Assembly: GCA_035444565.1 (NCBI GenBank)
Contig: DAOMOX010000004.1
Span: 12,000 to 75,999 of the forward strand
Source: Candidatus Dojkabacteria bacterium
Lineage (GTDB): Bacteria; Patescibacteriota; Dojkabacteria; B142; OLB20
DNA length: 64,000 nucleotides
Reading direction: 5' to 3'
Under the pieces are notes generated by a model. That model was not told the origin of the DNA and did not search any database. It saw nothing but the letters and a program-made list of their open reading frames with translations. A program made the translations under genes and the position numbers. This document shows, piece after piece, positions 1 through 10,188 of the stretch (positions are counted from its first letter, which is position 1; every line of letters begins with the position of its first letter).

Positions 1-225
1 AACCCTTTCAATTATACATCTGCATATGGTTGGAGATGGGAGAGATGGCATGATGCAATAGACATTTCCTCGACAGCGAACGTTCATGCTTACATATATG
101 CAGCTCATGATGGTTGGTTATATAAAGGTGGAAGTACGAGTCAAGGTTTTTGGAGAAAGATTTGCGAAACGAAAGATAATTGTAACCAAGGAAAATACTC
201 TTTCTACCTTCATCTAGCTGAATAG
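1..225 (+). CDS. 3' end of an M23-family peptidase domain protein (partial, begins before window)
   Basis: Frame +1 is open from base 1 to TAG at 223-225: ...YGWRWERWHDAIDI...IYAAHDG...FYLHLAE*, showing the HxxxD motif, the AAxDG motif and YxHL of M23 peptidases. Confidence 0.7.
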   Translation, partial: NPFNYTSAYGWRWERWHDAIDISSTANVHAYIYAAHDGWLYKGGSTSQGFWRKICETKDNCNQGKYSFYLHLAE

Positions 226-398
226 TAAAATCATTTAACTCTTTAATATTTATTGTGCATCTGCCTGAATTAGTATTTGGGAGTTTTGTATATTCAGCTC
301 ATACAAAATTGGATACTCTAGGTTATTTTTCCAAAGATAAATAATTTCAGGATTTCCCCATAATAATTTACTAAACTCTGCATATAGAGTTATTAATC

Positions 399-1412
399 AT
401 GAAAATATTCATCTACGTAATAATAATCTTCACATCATTGCTTTGGGTGACAAACAATTCTTTTGCGTCCGAAGAAAAACCCAAATTGATTATTAATGAA
501 GTTATGCCAAATCCCGTCGGCGACGATTCAAAATACGAGTGGATTGAAATAAAAAATGCATCTTCAGAATCGGTCAATTTAAATCAATGGAAATTCAACG
601 GAATAGCATTACCTGATTTAGAGATTAATTCAAACGAATTTATACTACTCACAAGAGACAAAAGTTCTTTTGAATTATCAAACAAAATGGTGGATTTTTC
701 ATTTAATTTAGTTAACTCAGGAGCAACATTGGTTCTGCTTGAAAATGATACATCTATCGAGCACAAGTTCAGCTATGTACAATCAATCGAAGGAAAAAGT
801 TTCGAGTTGTTAACTGGTGATTGTTCTACTATAGCGATTAATAACCATACGCATACTATGGGTCTTGAAAACACCTCTTGTGATGTAGTCCAAAACCCTA
901 CAGTCACACCTTTTCCTACTGTAATATATTTCACAACATACAATTACCGCGACCTTGTCATATCCGCACTTTCTCCTTATCCTTCTCAGGGTTCTGAATG
1001 GGTGGAAATATCGAACACTACGGGTTCAGAGATAAATTTGAATGGTTGGATAATCAAAGACGAAAGTAACAAATCATTTAAAATTTCAGAGCTAATACTC
1101 AATTCAAATGCAAACACAAGAATATTCCCAACCACAATATCCTTAAACAATGATGGAGATACAATCAATTTATATGATCCACAAAACAAATTAATTGATT
1201 CATACAAATACGGAAAAGTAACTAAAGATCAGGTTGTCTCGGTAAATGATGAGAATCAAATTTCGGAGGATGAAGAAAATATCGTAGATGAAAGAATTCT
1301 AATTGATGTTCCCGAGGTAAGGTCAATAAACACAGAATCTGATATTAAATCGATTTATGAAATACTTAAAAAGCCTATTTTTTATAAAGTCGAAGACTAT
1401 ATCGGAATCTAA
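399..1412 (+). CDS. secreted lamin tail domain (LTD) protein with two LTD repeats
   Basis: Signal peptide, then two repeats: INEVMPNP..D...EWIEIKN...VNLNQW and ISALSPYP...EWVEISN...INLNGWIIKD...LNNDGDTINLYD. Confidence 0.8.
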   Translation: MKIFIYVIIIFTSLLWVTNNSFASEEKPKLIINEVMPNPVGDDSKYEWIEIKNASSESVNLNQWKFNGIALPDLEINSNEFILLTRDKSSFELSNKMVDFSFNLVNSGATLVLLENDTSIEHKFSYVQSIEGKSFELLTGDCSTIAINNHTHTMGLENTSCDVVQNPTVTPFPTVIYFTTYNYRDLVISALSPYPSQGSEWVEISNTTGSEINLNGWIIKDESNKSFKISELILNSNANTRIFPTTISLNNDGDTINLYDPQNKLIDSYKYGKVTKDQVVSVNDENQISEDEENIVDERILIDVPEVRSINTESDIKSIYEILKKPIFYKVEDYIGI

Positions 1413-1413
1413 A

Positions 1414-2256
1414 CTAATTAACTTCCTCTAGACTCATACAGTCATTTAATGATGTATTCCCTACCCTTGTTCTGGTCAAGTTAATCAACATTGCGGGCAT
1501 GTTTAATTTTTCACCAATATCTTCAGCAAGTTGTCTAATATAAGTTCCTTTTGAACTATTTACACGTATTTTGATGTATGGAAATTTTTGAGACTTTGGG
1601 AAACTTGCAAGCTTTTTCTTGAATTCGCCCATTTCTTCAACTTCTATCTCACCTTTCTCTAAAAGCTCAATATCGAATATTTTCACTTTCTTGGAAGGTA
1701 ATTGCAAAGTGAAAGACTTCAAATTTGAGGTTTCAGATTTTGGTGTAAATACTATCCTCTTTCTATTGTTATCATCGATTTCTACATGTTTATCATAGTT
1801 GTTGTCCCTCATAATCACCCTGAGTTTCTTTCCGTCAACTTTAACTGAACTATAAAGTGATACATATTGATCGTATTCGCCTTTGAAATCCATCAAGATT
1901 GAATTAATATCACCCATATCTTTTAGATTGTAACCTGTTTTTACTTCTGTTATATCTCCTTCGGGATCTTGTGTGCTGGTTGCAATTCCAAATATTACTT
2001 GAGTTGTATACTCTTTATCTAAATGCATCAACTTGTCTGATAATTTTGTTGCTTTTCCAATTAGATAAATCATAACTCCATCCGCAAAAACATCCAGGGC
2101 TCCTGCATGTCCAACTTTTTTTGTGTTTAATTTCTTTCTGAGTGCATTCACAAGGTCGTGTGAAGTAATATTTTTGGGTTTATTCAAGGCAACAATTCCA
2201 CTTGGTCTGCCATATTCATCTCTATGTATGATATTTATTTTATAATCGTTGGACAT
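1414..2256 (-). CDS. truB: tRNA pseudouridine(55) synthase TruB
   Basis: NKPKNITSHD, KVGHAGALD, SSVKVDGKKL and SKGTYIRQLAEDIG motifs; probable ATG at 2256 (ORF track starts 2271); no PUA domain. Confidence 0.95.
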   Translation of the reverse strand: MSNDYKINIIHRDEYGRPSGIVALNKPKNITSHDLVNALRKKLNTKKVGHAGALDVFADGVMIYLIGKATKLSDKLMHLDKEYTTQVIFGIATSTQDPEGDITEVKTGYNLKDMGDINSILMDFKGEYDQYVSLYSSVKVDGKKLRVIMRDNNYDKHVEIDDNNRKRIVFTPKSETSNLKSFTLQLPSKKVKIFDIELLEKGEIEVEEMGEFKKKLASFPKSQKFPYIKIRVNSSKGTYIRQLAEDIGEKLNMPAMLINLTRTRVGNTSLNDCMSLEEVN

Positions 2257-2316
2257 TAAACACTTAACCAAATTAAACTAGTTATTATAACAGACAAACA
2301 TATTCAGAGTAACTTA

Positions 2317-4488
2317 TCAAAACGTTGGGTATGGTTGGAAATTCTTATGTGTATAGAATTGATAATTAAAATCGGGCTTAGTTGTCTCGGGGCTAATTCC
2401 AGTTATATATAGATTGCCGTCGGTTCTGATTTCAATACCGTTTGGATATTCGAAGGGCGTTGGAGGATATTTAGACGAAGCAAGTTGGAGATACTCCCCT
2501 ACCCAAGGTCTGACAGAAGTTTGACCTGTCGCTCCATATCTCATCGGAGTATTATCATTATTAATGAGCATTCCAGCTACAACTATTTCAGGTGAATACC
2601 CTATGTAGAGTGTTTCTGTTTGATCTTCAGAAGTTCCTGTTTTACCAGCCATATCACGACCATCGAAAGAAAATCCAGGCCCACCTTTATTACCATTTAA
2701 TATGTCGTTAACTAAATAAACTCCTCTAGGATCAGCTACTTGTGTTGTTATAGGTTGATGTTCGTATAAAATTTCACCATTCCTATCAACTATTTTGCTA
2801 ATTACTTCATGTTGTGTGAATTTTCCATTATTTGCGAAAACTGCATAACCCTGCGCATGTTCAATTAATTTTAATTCTCCACCTCCTACTGCTAAAGATA
2901 ATCCATAACCATTCGGATTGTTCATTGTGGTGTAACCCCAGGTTTTCATTTGTTCTATCAAGCTTGTATAGCCAATTTTCTCAAGAAGAATTATCGCAGG
3001 AATGTTCCTCGATTGGACAAGCATATACCTATATGGATGTAGTCCAGAGAATTGCCCATCATAATTTTTCGGAGTGTACTTGCCAATTGTAATAGGAGCA
3101 TCATATACAAGTGTTTCTGGAGTCATTATCCCCCGCATAAATGCATTGTAATAAATCATAGGTTTGAGTGTAGAACCATATGCCTGAAGAGTATCAGGAA
3201 CATTTACTTGGGGTTCATACCTACAATTTAACCCTATTTGACATCCTTCTGGACTAGCCTTGCCAAAGTAGTCGTATGAACCAACCATAGCCAGTACATC
3301 ACCATTTTTAGGGTTTAATACAACCATTGCAGCATTGTCAGCACCAAACTGTTTTCCATATGTGGAGACTGCCTTTTTCACTTGTGATTCCGCTATTCTT
3401 TGATAATCCATGTCTAATGTTGTGTGAATTCTTAATCCTTCGGTCTCGATTTGTTCAAGAGTTAAGGGTTTCCCATCGTTGTAACCATTTTTCTGTAGTT
3501 GCTCTAATGCATAAAATACAAAATGAGGAGCATTTATTCGAAACGATGGATCTTGGTAAGCGATTTCTTCTTTCCGCGCTATTTCAATCATTTCTTTGGT
3601 AAAAAGTTCTGTATCTGGTCCATAAATTTCTAACAAATTATTATTTATGAAATCGAGATTTGATTCTATCTGATTTAATACATAATTCTTGCGTGATTCG
3701 AGTAATTCTTTCGAAATTTCTGGATTTGTTGACTTGGTGGGTGAAAGTATTGATGGATTTTGTGGAATTGAAGCAAGTACAGCCATTTCTGCGAGTGAAA
3801 GTTCTTCAGGTGCTTTTCCGAAATAGAACTTAGATGCTCTAGTTACTCCATAAATATTACTTCCGCTCGGTACAACCGTAAGATACATTTCTAATATCTC
3901 CTCTTTTGATCGTACTTGTTCGATTTTCAAGGCGAGTAACATTTCTTTGATTTTCCTTGCAATTGCAACTTCGTCCGTGAGCGCAGTTTTTCTGATTAGT
4001 TGTTGAGTGATTGTACTACCTCCACAAACGATAGTTCTTTCTTCTAAATATCGAAAACTGCATCTCGCGAGTGCTTCTAAATCAACTCCTTGATGTTCAA
4101 AAAATCTTAAATCTTCTGCAGCCAGATAAGTCCATATTATTTGTGGAGGAATAGTCTCGAGATCAACTGGGTCTCTATCTTCATTATCAAAAACTCTATA
4201 GAGTAGTTCTCCATTTCTATCGTAAATTTCGGTGGCGGTTTGCTTCCGTCCAAATGGTTTATCGGGACTTGGAAGGTCTTTTGAGACGTTCTGAAGATAT
4301 TTCAGTGATGCAATAAATGAAAAGATAGTTACTGATGAAATAATGACAAAAAGAAGTACCAATAATCTGCTTATTGTGTCCCTCTTGGTAATTTTTCGAT
4401 TTGTTTTAAAATTTTTGGGGGTGCGTTTTGATCTAACCTTTTCTTTTTTGCTTAAATTCTTAATTTTGATTGATTTCTTTTGAGTCAT
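2317..4488 (-). CDS. class A penicillin-binding protein (PBP1A family, transglycosylase + transpeptidase)
   Basis: N-terminal TM; EDLRFFEHQGVD, GGSTITQQL and RKIKE glycosyltransferase motifs; STLK (SxxK), SRN (SxN) and KTGT. Confidence 0.95.
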   Translation of the reverse strand: MTQKKSIKIKNLSKKEKVRSKRTPKNFKTNRKITKRDTISRLLVLLFVIISSVTIFSFIASLKYLQNVSKDLPSPDKPFGRKQTATEIYDRNGELLYRVFDNEDRDPVDLETIPPQIIWTYLAAEDLRFFEHQGVDLEALARCSFRYLEERTIVCGGSTITQQLIRKTALTDEVAIARKIKEMLLALKIEQVRSKEEILEMYLTVVPSGSNIYGVTRASKFYFGKAPEELSLAEMAVLASIPQNPSILSPTKSTNPEISKELLESRKNYVLNQIESNLDFINNNLLEIYGPDTELFTKEMIEIARKEEIAYQDPSFRINAPHFVFYALEQLQKNGYNDGKPLTLEQIETEGLRIHTTLDMDYQRIAESQVKKAVSTYGKQFGADNAAMVVLNPKNGDVLAMVGSYDYFGKASPEGCQIGLNCRYEPQVNVPDTLQAYGSTLKPMIYYNAFMRGIMTPETLVYDAPITIGKYTPKNYDGQFSGLHPYRYMLVQSRNIPAIILLEKIGYTSLIEQMKTWGYTTMNNPNGYGLSLAVGGGELKLIEHAQGYAVFANNGKFTQHEVISKIVDRNGEILYEHQPITTQVADPRGVYLVNDILNGNKGGPGFSFDGRDMAGKTGTSEDQTETLYIGYSPEIVVAGMLINNDNTPMRYGATGQTSVRPWVGEYLQLASSKYPPTPFEYPNGIEIRTDGNLYITGISPETTKPDFNYQFYTHKNFQPYPTF

Positions 4489-4704
4489 ATACTAATTTTG
4501 AAGCAGTCAACTTTATGAAGTAAAAGTAACATCCAATCCTCGGGGAGTGTTGAAAGTTGTGGGTTATCTAATTATATGATAAGCCATAAAATTCAAAATT
4601 GTCAAAGAGAAAATCGGTAAAAATACTAAGACACTTTAGGCGGGTAAAGGCTCTTTATGGGTTCTAAATTGAGGTATCTTTGTATAGTTTGATAATATGA
4701 TTAT

Positions 4705-6135
4705 ATGAATTTTAGAAAATTACTAAAACAGGATTTTATTATTACTTTTGTAATATTAGTTTTACTAGGTATTGGGAGCTTAGTGATTTTTTCAACAACA
4801 TATAACACAGAAGGCGCAGATCTCTTAAATAAACAAATTATATTAATAACTATAGGTCTGGTAATCTACTTCGCTCTTATTTTAATCGATATCGATTGGT
4901 TTAAAGTTTTCAGTATCCAATTAATACTATATCTAATAATTATTGCGACTTTACTGTATGCAGTTTTATTTGGATCCACCATTGCTGGTACAAATCGGTG
5001 GATTGATCTCGGATTTTTTGCATTTCAGCCATCAGAGTATTCAAAAGTATTAATCATTATGTTTATTTCACTAATATTTAGTAGTGAAAATCTCCCTCTG
5101 AAAGAAAATTTAAAAGAAATACAAAGTAGATTTCAGAAAGAGTATGGTTTAAAAAATAATTTTAAAGAAACTCTCAAAAAAATAGCTAACGACCGAGAGT
5201 TTCGAGGACTATTCTATGTCGCATTATATGTATTCCCTATTGTCATATTGACTTTTATTCAACCATCACTCGGCAACACTATCATAATTATAGGTTTAAC
5301 ATTTTTCACATTATTTTTCTCAACAAAATATCAAACACAAATTCTGAAAATATTAATTTTAGGACTATTAACGTTTCTATTTATTAGAAATTTTATAAGC
5401 TTTGATACCGGAACAGCGTCGTTTTCATTTTCAACAAACATCAATAATTTATATTTTTTAATTATTACAGTTCTATTATTTTTACTTTTGGCATATTTTA
5501 TGAAAGTCAAATGGTGGGTAGTATTAGGTGTGGTTTTGACAACGACAATTTTCTTGTTTGGTTCAATCTTTGCTTGGAATCAACTATTAGGAAATTATCA
5601 AAGAGAACGTGTACTTACTTTTATCGAAGGTCCTGAAGCAGACCCGCTAGGGAGTGGTTACCAGATAATTCAATCTAAGATTGCAATTGGCTCTGGTCAA
5701 TTATTTGGAAGAGGCTTTTTACAAGGAACTCAAAGTAGTCTCCACATATTGACCCAGGCACATACGGATTTTGCCTTTGCTTCGATGAGTGAACAATTCG
5801 GATTTATTGGTGCGTTATTGTTATTATCAACATATCTAACACTATTATTTAGAATATTAAAGATTGCGAAAGAAACAAAAAGTGATTTTGGAAGAAATAT
5901 GTCTTTTGGAGTTGTTGGATTATTACTAATACATATTTTTATTAATATTGGTATGAATCTCGGTAAATTACCAGTTACAGGTATTCCACTCCCTTTGGTC
6001 AGTTATGGAGGTAGCTCAGTTCTTATGACTTTGATTGTCTTAGGATTAATACAATCTGTTCATGCGTCACGTCGTCCCGTTGACATGGCAGACAGTTTGA
6101 TGTTAACATCCTTAGCAGGGAATAAATCCGAGTAG
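4705..6135 (+). CDS. rodA: SEDS-family peptidoglycan glycosyltransferase, RodA type
   Basis: RWIDLGFFAFQPSEYSK, GYQIIQSKIAIGSG, AHTDFAF, PVTGIPLPLVSYGGSS; multiple TM segments. Confidence 0.88.
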   Translation: MNFRKLLKQDFIITFVILVLLGIGSLVIFSTTYNTEGADLLNKQIILITIGLVIYFALILIDIDWFKVFSIQLILYLIIIATLLYAVLFGSTIAGTNRWIDLGFFAFQPSEYSKVLIIMFISLIFSSENLPLKENLKEIQSRFQKEYGLKNNFKETLKKIANDREFRGLFYVALYVFPIVILTFIQPSLGNTIIIIGLTFFTLFFSTKYQTQILKILILGLLTFLFIRNFISFDTGTASFSFSTNINNLYFLIITVLLFLLLAYFMKVKWWVVLGVVLTTTIFLFGSIFAWNQLLGNYQRERVLTFIEGPEADPLGSGYQIIQSKIAIGSGQLFGRGFLQGTQSSLHILTQAHTDFAFASMSEQFGFIGALLLLSTYLTLLFRILKIAKETKSDFGRNMSFGVVGLLLIHIFINIGMNLGKLPVTGIPLPLVSYGGSSVLMTLIVLGLIQSVHASRRPVDMADSLMLTSLAGNKSE

Positions 6136-6205
6136 ATTTTAATATTTCATTGGAAAATTTATCGGTTTGAACTAGATTTTACTTAATTTCCCTAAATGAA
6201 TATAA

Positions 6206-6520
6206 ATGGAAAAATTCGCAGTAATAAAGGTAAATAATTCTCAATACAAAGTATCAGAAGGTGATGTGATTGAAGTTGACAAACTTGCTGGTAAAGCTGG
6301 AGACAAATTAAAATTCAATGAAGTCTTGTTAAAGGCAGAAAAAGATAATGTTGTTGTCGGAACACCTATAATCAAAGATTCTGAAGTTAGTGTTGAAATT
6401 ATCGAACAATTTAAGGGAGAAAAAGTAGAAAGTTTGACTTATAAAGCGAAAGCTAGAACCAGAAGAAGATTTGGTAGCAGAAAAGAACTAACTAAACTTA
6501 AAATTCTTAAAATTAACTAA
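6206..6520 (+). CDS. rplU: 50S ribosomal protein L21
   Basis: FAVIK...QYKVSEGD...VGTP...G.R.ELT; directly upstream of rpmA. Confidence 0.96.
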   Translation: MEKFAVIKVNNSQYKVSEGDVIEVDKLAGKAGDKLKFNEVLLKAEKDNVVVGTPIIKDSEVSVEIIEQFKGEKVESLTYKAKARTRRRFGSRKELTKLKILKIN

Positions 6521-6837
6521 TGGCACATACAAAGGCACAAGGAGCAGCAAATAGAACAGTAAATATTGTTGGAAAAAGACTTGGTATTAAAAAATATGCA
6601 GGTCAAGTTGTACGATCCGGTAATATTCTTGTGAGACAGAGAGGTACGAAATTCCACCCAGGAGTTAATACCAAGATGGGAAAGGATTTCACTATTTTCG
6701 CAACCGCAGAAGGAGTCGTTAGATTCAGAAATATGACAGGTGCTCATAGAGCTCAGAAATATATCGATGTAGTTATCGAAGAAGTAAAAAAAACCGTCAA
6801 AAAAGCTCCAGCTGCAAAAAAGAAGGCTACAAAATGA
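6520..6837 (+). CDS. rpmA: 50S ribosomal protein L27 with Lys/Ala-rich C-terminal tail
   Basis: MAHTKAQG...KRLGIK...[15 protein letters not shown]...GKDFTIFA. Confidence 0.97.
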   Translation: MAHTKAQGAANRTVNIVGKRLGIKKYAGQVVRSGNILVRQRGTKFHPGVNTKMGKDFTIFATAEGVVRFRNMTGAHRAQKYIDVVIEEVKKTVKKAPAAKKKATK

Positions 6838-6886
6838 CATTAAATTGTCATATTCCCTTTATTGTTAGATAATAACCTTATTAACA

Positions 6887-7474
6887 TTGCATATTGTGAA
6901 TTCACTCTCATTAAAACGTGATAAAAATATTATTAGGCTTATTGTTGGTCTAGGTAATGTTGGAGAAAAATATTCACATACTAGACATAATGCAGGTTTT
7001 CTTTTTATAGATTACCTTGTTCACTTTTATCTAAAAAGCAAGGGATTTGATTCTGAACCTCAAGAAAATAAATCATACAAAATATATGATTTTCAGAATT
7101 TGGATATTGTTTGTATAAAGCCCTCGTTGATGATGAACCGATCAGGCGAGGCACTTATGGAATATATTAAATACAAGGATTATTCACTTTCGGAAATTTT
7201 GGTTGTTCACGATGATCTCGATATTGCCTTAGGCAAATATAAACTACAAATTTCAAAATCCCCTAAATTACATAATGGAATATCCTCAGTCGAGAGAATA
7301 CTTGCAGATAAAGAATTTTACAGATTAAGAATTGGGGTCGAGAATAGAAAAGGTGTTCCAATTCCGGGATTATCTTATGTCTTGAAAAAATTTAACGATG
7401 AAGAATTAGGTCAACTTGACTTAGTTTTTAATGACTTCCTTTGCAACGAACTTTCAATCAACTCGATAAATTAG
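6887..7474 (+). CDS. pth: peptidyl-tRNA hydrolase
   Basis: LIVGLGN.G.KY..TRHNAGF, MNRSG, VHDDLD, HNG and RLRIGV motifs; exact start uncertain. Confidence 0.95.
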   Translation: MHIVNSLSLKRDKNIIRLIVGLGNVGEKYSHTRHNAGFLFIDYLVHFYLKSKGFDSEPQENKSYKIYDFQNLDIVCIKPSLMMNRSGEALMEYIKYKDYSLSEILVVHDDLDIALGKYKLQISKSPKLHNGISSVERILADKEFYRLRIGVENRKGVPIPGLSYVLKKFNDEELGQLDLVFNDFLCNELSINSIN

Positions 7475-8576
7475 CGTTTTCAATTAAATCTGGATCGAAT
7501 AACCCTTCATTTTGTTTATGGATTTTTTTATTAGTTCCTCCAAAGTTTCTATTTCTTGCAGCATAATCCAGAATTGCCCGTTTAAAATGCATTGCGTCAA
7601 AATCTGGGAAATAAACGTTTGTAAAGTATAATTCAGCATAAGCTGACTCGTATGCCATTATTCCGCTAGTTCTTATTTCTCCAGATGTTCTAATTATCAA
7701 GTCGGGTTCTGGGATATCATGCGTGTCCAAGTAGTTCTTGAATGTGTCTTCATCGATTACTTTAACTTTCTCAGCAATAATTTTATTAATCGCTCTGACG
7801 ATATCATCTCTTCCGTTGTAGTCTAGACAAAGTTGAAAATTTAGTAAATCATTTGCTTTTGTTTCTTCAGTGAAGTCATTTAATATTTTCATTATATCTT
7901 TGGGTAATCGGTCCTTTCTACCAATATGTCGGAAACGGATTCCTTCCTCCATAAATTTCCCCAACCATGTTGAGTATGAGTTTCTAATCAGATTAAAGAT
8001 TTCATTTATCTCTCTCTCATCTCGACTCCAGTTTTCTGTCGAGAATGCCCAGAAGCTGAGATACTCAACCCCAATTTCTCTGCACTCGTCGAAAATCTCG
8101 TTTAGTCGCTCGAATTTTACAGCTTTCCTGTGACCGACCCATGGTAGCCAACCTTGTTCCCTAGCCCATCTGCGATTTCCATCAGCAATAATTGCTACAT
8201 GGGTGGGAATTTGATTTTCTTTATCAAGTTTTAAGATTTCATTAGTGAGGATTTCCTTGCTAAGGTTATAAATGCTATTAGCTTCATCAGCTAAAAATGA
8301 TTTCTCTTTTTTAATTTTAAATTTTCCAAACTTCTCTTTCGGATTTTGCCACTCGAAGCTCATACCTTTGATCTTGGCAGGAAAAAATCCCTTTTGGCAC
8401 CAATTGAGGAATTCGTTCAGGCACTGTTCTTCTCCTTGTACATAAATTACCAAACCATCATCTCCGAATTTCTCGACAGAACCTTTTAATTTAAGCTCGT
8501 TTGCTAAATTAGCGAGTCTTCTGCGAAAATTTACACCTTGGATTCTACCGTACAGTTTTATTTTTAATTGTTTCAT
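7458..8576 (-). CDS. uppS: acylphosphatase-like domain fused to undecaprenyl-diphosphate synthase (cis-prenyltransferase)
   Basis: N-terminal ~90 aa with GRIQGVNFR (AcyP fold); C-terminal HVAIIADGNRRWA, AFSTENWSR, PDLIIRTSGE, RNFGG. Confidence 0.92.
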   Translation of the reverse strand: MKQLKIKLYGRIQGVNFRRRLANLANELKLKGSVEKFGDDGLVIYVQGEEQCLNEFLNWCQKGFFPAKIKGMSFEWQNPKEKFGKFKIKKEKSFLADEANSIYNLSKEILTNEILKLDKENQIPTHVAIIADGNRRWAREQGWLPWVGHRKAVKFERLNEIFDECREIGVEYLSFWAFSTENWSRDEREINEIFNLIRNSYSTWLGKFMEEGIRFRHIGRKDRLPKDIMKILNDFTEETKANDLLNFQLCLDYNGRDDIVRAINKIIAEKVKVIDEDTFKNYLDTHDIPEPDLIIRTSGEIRTSGIMAYESAYAELYFTNVYFPDFDAMHFKRAILDYAARNRNFGGTNKKIHKQNEGLFDPDLIENANLSS

Positions 8577-8663
8577 ATTATTTCTTAATCAACCAATTAT
8601 AAACTACAAAGATGTTATTATGTCACAAAACAAAATATAATAGTAAGAACAATCGTTTAAATC

Positions 8664-10148
8664 TTGAAAAAGCTCTCATATAAAATACAGAGTTTCCTAA
8701 AAAATCAATACTTATTGATTCTATTACTAGTAGTTCTGATATTTCAACTATTTGGTTTTGTTTATATCAATATCTATCCTGTCTACCAATTAAAAAATAG
8801 TGTTGATGAATTAAACAGAGGACTTACCTATCAGAATTTGGAGAAATGGCTCAAAGCATATGCTATTGTTTCAACTGATAGCCCCCCTCTTAGCGAAGAA
8901 ATGAATAAAAATGCATTGATTTATTCATTTATCAATTACATCCAATCACTTGATGAAAATAATAAAAAAATATTTATAGAATTACCAACATTAGATGTAA
9001 TCAGCATTGAGGAATATGACAGGGAGATAGACCCGCCTATTGAATACATTACTAGCAATCGCATTCCTCAAGGGGAAAGAGTAATAGCAGATAATGGTGA
9101 AAAATATCTCCAAAATGAAACACACGTTATATTTGAAAATGGGACACTTATTGTTGTAGGTAACATTGAAGATGTAAAATCACCGAAAAAAGTTCTTTAC
9201 GGAAATCTACCTAGAGAACAATTTAGGGCAGATTTAACAAATGAGCTTTTAGCTATACAAAATGAGACTGAAATTCTAACCGATTATTTTGATGAAACAG
9301 TTAGAGGTTCAGACACACTTAAAAAGCTGAAATTCCAAGATCTCAACCTGGATTTTAATCAAGATGAGAAAGTAATTTCAGGTGAAATCAGTTTAATAGA
9401 TACTAAATGCGCTAGTAATTATAACCTCAAGTATGGTTATCAAATTGATATTGATAGATATACAATCTACGATTTGACGAATCTCGAATTGAAAGACTGT
9501 AGTGTTGTTCAATCATTCTCCCAACCGAAAGAAACCAAAATGTTGACATGTTCTGATTGTAAATACGCTCCTGTAGATAAAACTTATTTCCTTCCAAGCA
9601 CTTATGCTCCAAGTTTGGTTTCAACTAATTTACCCGGTGGTGGATATTTGACGAGCGAAACTGTAGTCGCACTAAATCAAATTGCTGTTGAATTGAAAAA
9701 ACAAGATGTGAATGTCTATGTAACATCAGCTTTTAGATCCTATCAACAACAACAAGAAGCGTTCAATTATTGGGTGAATAGAGAATTAGCCACGGGTTTG
9801 GATTTACAAACTGCAAGAGCAAAGGCAAATATATACTCGGCATTTCCAGGTCACTCTGAACATCAACTTGGAACTACACTTGATATTCGTTGTGAAGATT
9901 GTAGTGCTTTTTCGAAAGATGTAGCAAGCAACCCTGTTTATCAATTTTTACAAGAACATGCTCATAAATATGGATTTGTAATCTCCTACCCTGCTGGGAA
10001 ACAACACCTCACAGGATACACTTATGAACCATGGCATATCCGATACATTGGAGTTGAACTAGCAACTGAATTATTTAACAGAAATTATCAAAGTTCAACA
10101 AACAGCGAGTATCTTACAAAATTCCTCATAGAAAAAGGAATGTATTAA
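8664..10148 (+). CDS. membrane-anchored M15B D-Ala-D-Ala carboxypeptidase (VanY-like) with long N-terminal extracellular region
   Basis: N-terminal TM; SAFRSYQQQ, PGHSEHQLGTTLDI, YGFVISYP, YEPWHIRYIG. Confidence 0.88.
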   Translation: MKKLSYKIQSFLKNQYLLILLLVVLIFQLFGFVYINIYPVYQLKNSVDELNRGLTYQNLEKWLKAYAIVSTDSPPLSEEMNKNALIYSFINYIQSLDENNKKIFIELPTLDVISIEEYDREIDPPIEYITSNRIPQGERVIADNGEKYLQNETHVIFENGTLIVVGNIEDVKSPKKVLYGNLPREQFRADLTNELLAIQNETEILTDYFDETVRGSDTLKKLKFQDLNLDFNQDEKVISGEISLIDTKCASNYNLKYGYQIDIDRYTIYDLTNLELKDCSVVQSFSQPKETKMLTCSDCKYAPVDKTYFLPSTYAPSLVSTNLPGGGYLTSETVVALNQIAVELKKQDVNVYVTSAFRSYQQQQEAFNYWVNRELATGLDLQTARAKANIYSAFPGHSEHQLGTTLDIRCEDCSAFSKDVASNPVYQFLQEHAHKYGFVISYPAGKQHLTGYTYEPWHIRYIGVELATELFNRNYQSSTNSEYLTKFLIEKGMY

Positions 10149-10188
10149 CAACATTTTGTTATAATCAACCTGCCATTTAATAAATATT

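Noticed and set aside
6517-6840. Antisense ORF over rpmA, and the many other 60-115 aa ORFs nested in long genes
   Set aside because: Shadow frames of well-supported genes with no recognisable motifs
8664-10148. Vancomycin resistance locus
   Set aside because: Lone M15B carboxypeptidase without vanA/H/X/R/S; consistent with ordinary peptidoglycan remodelling
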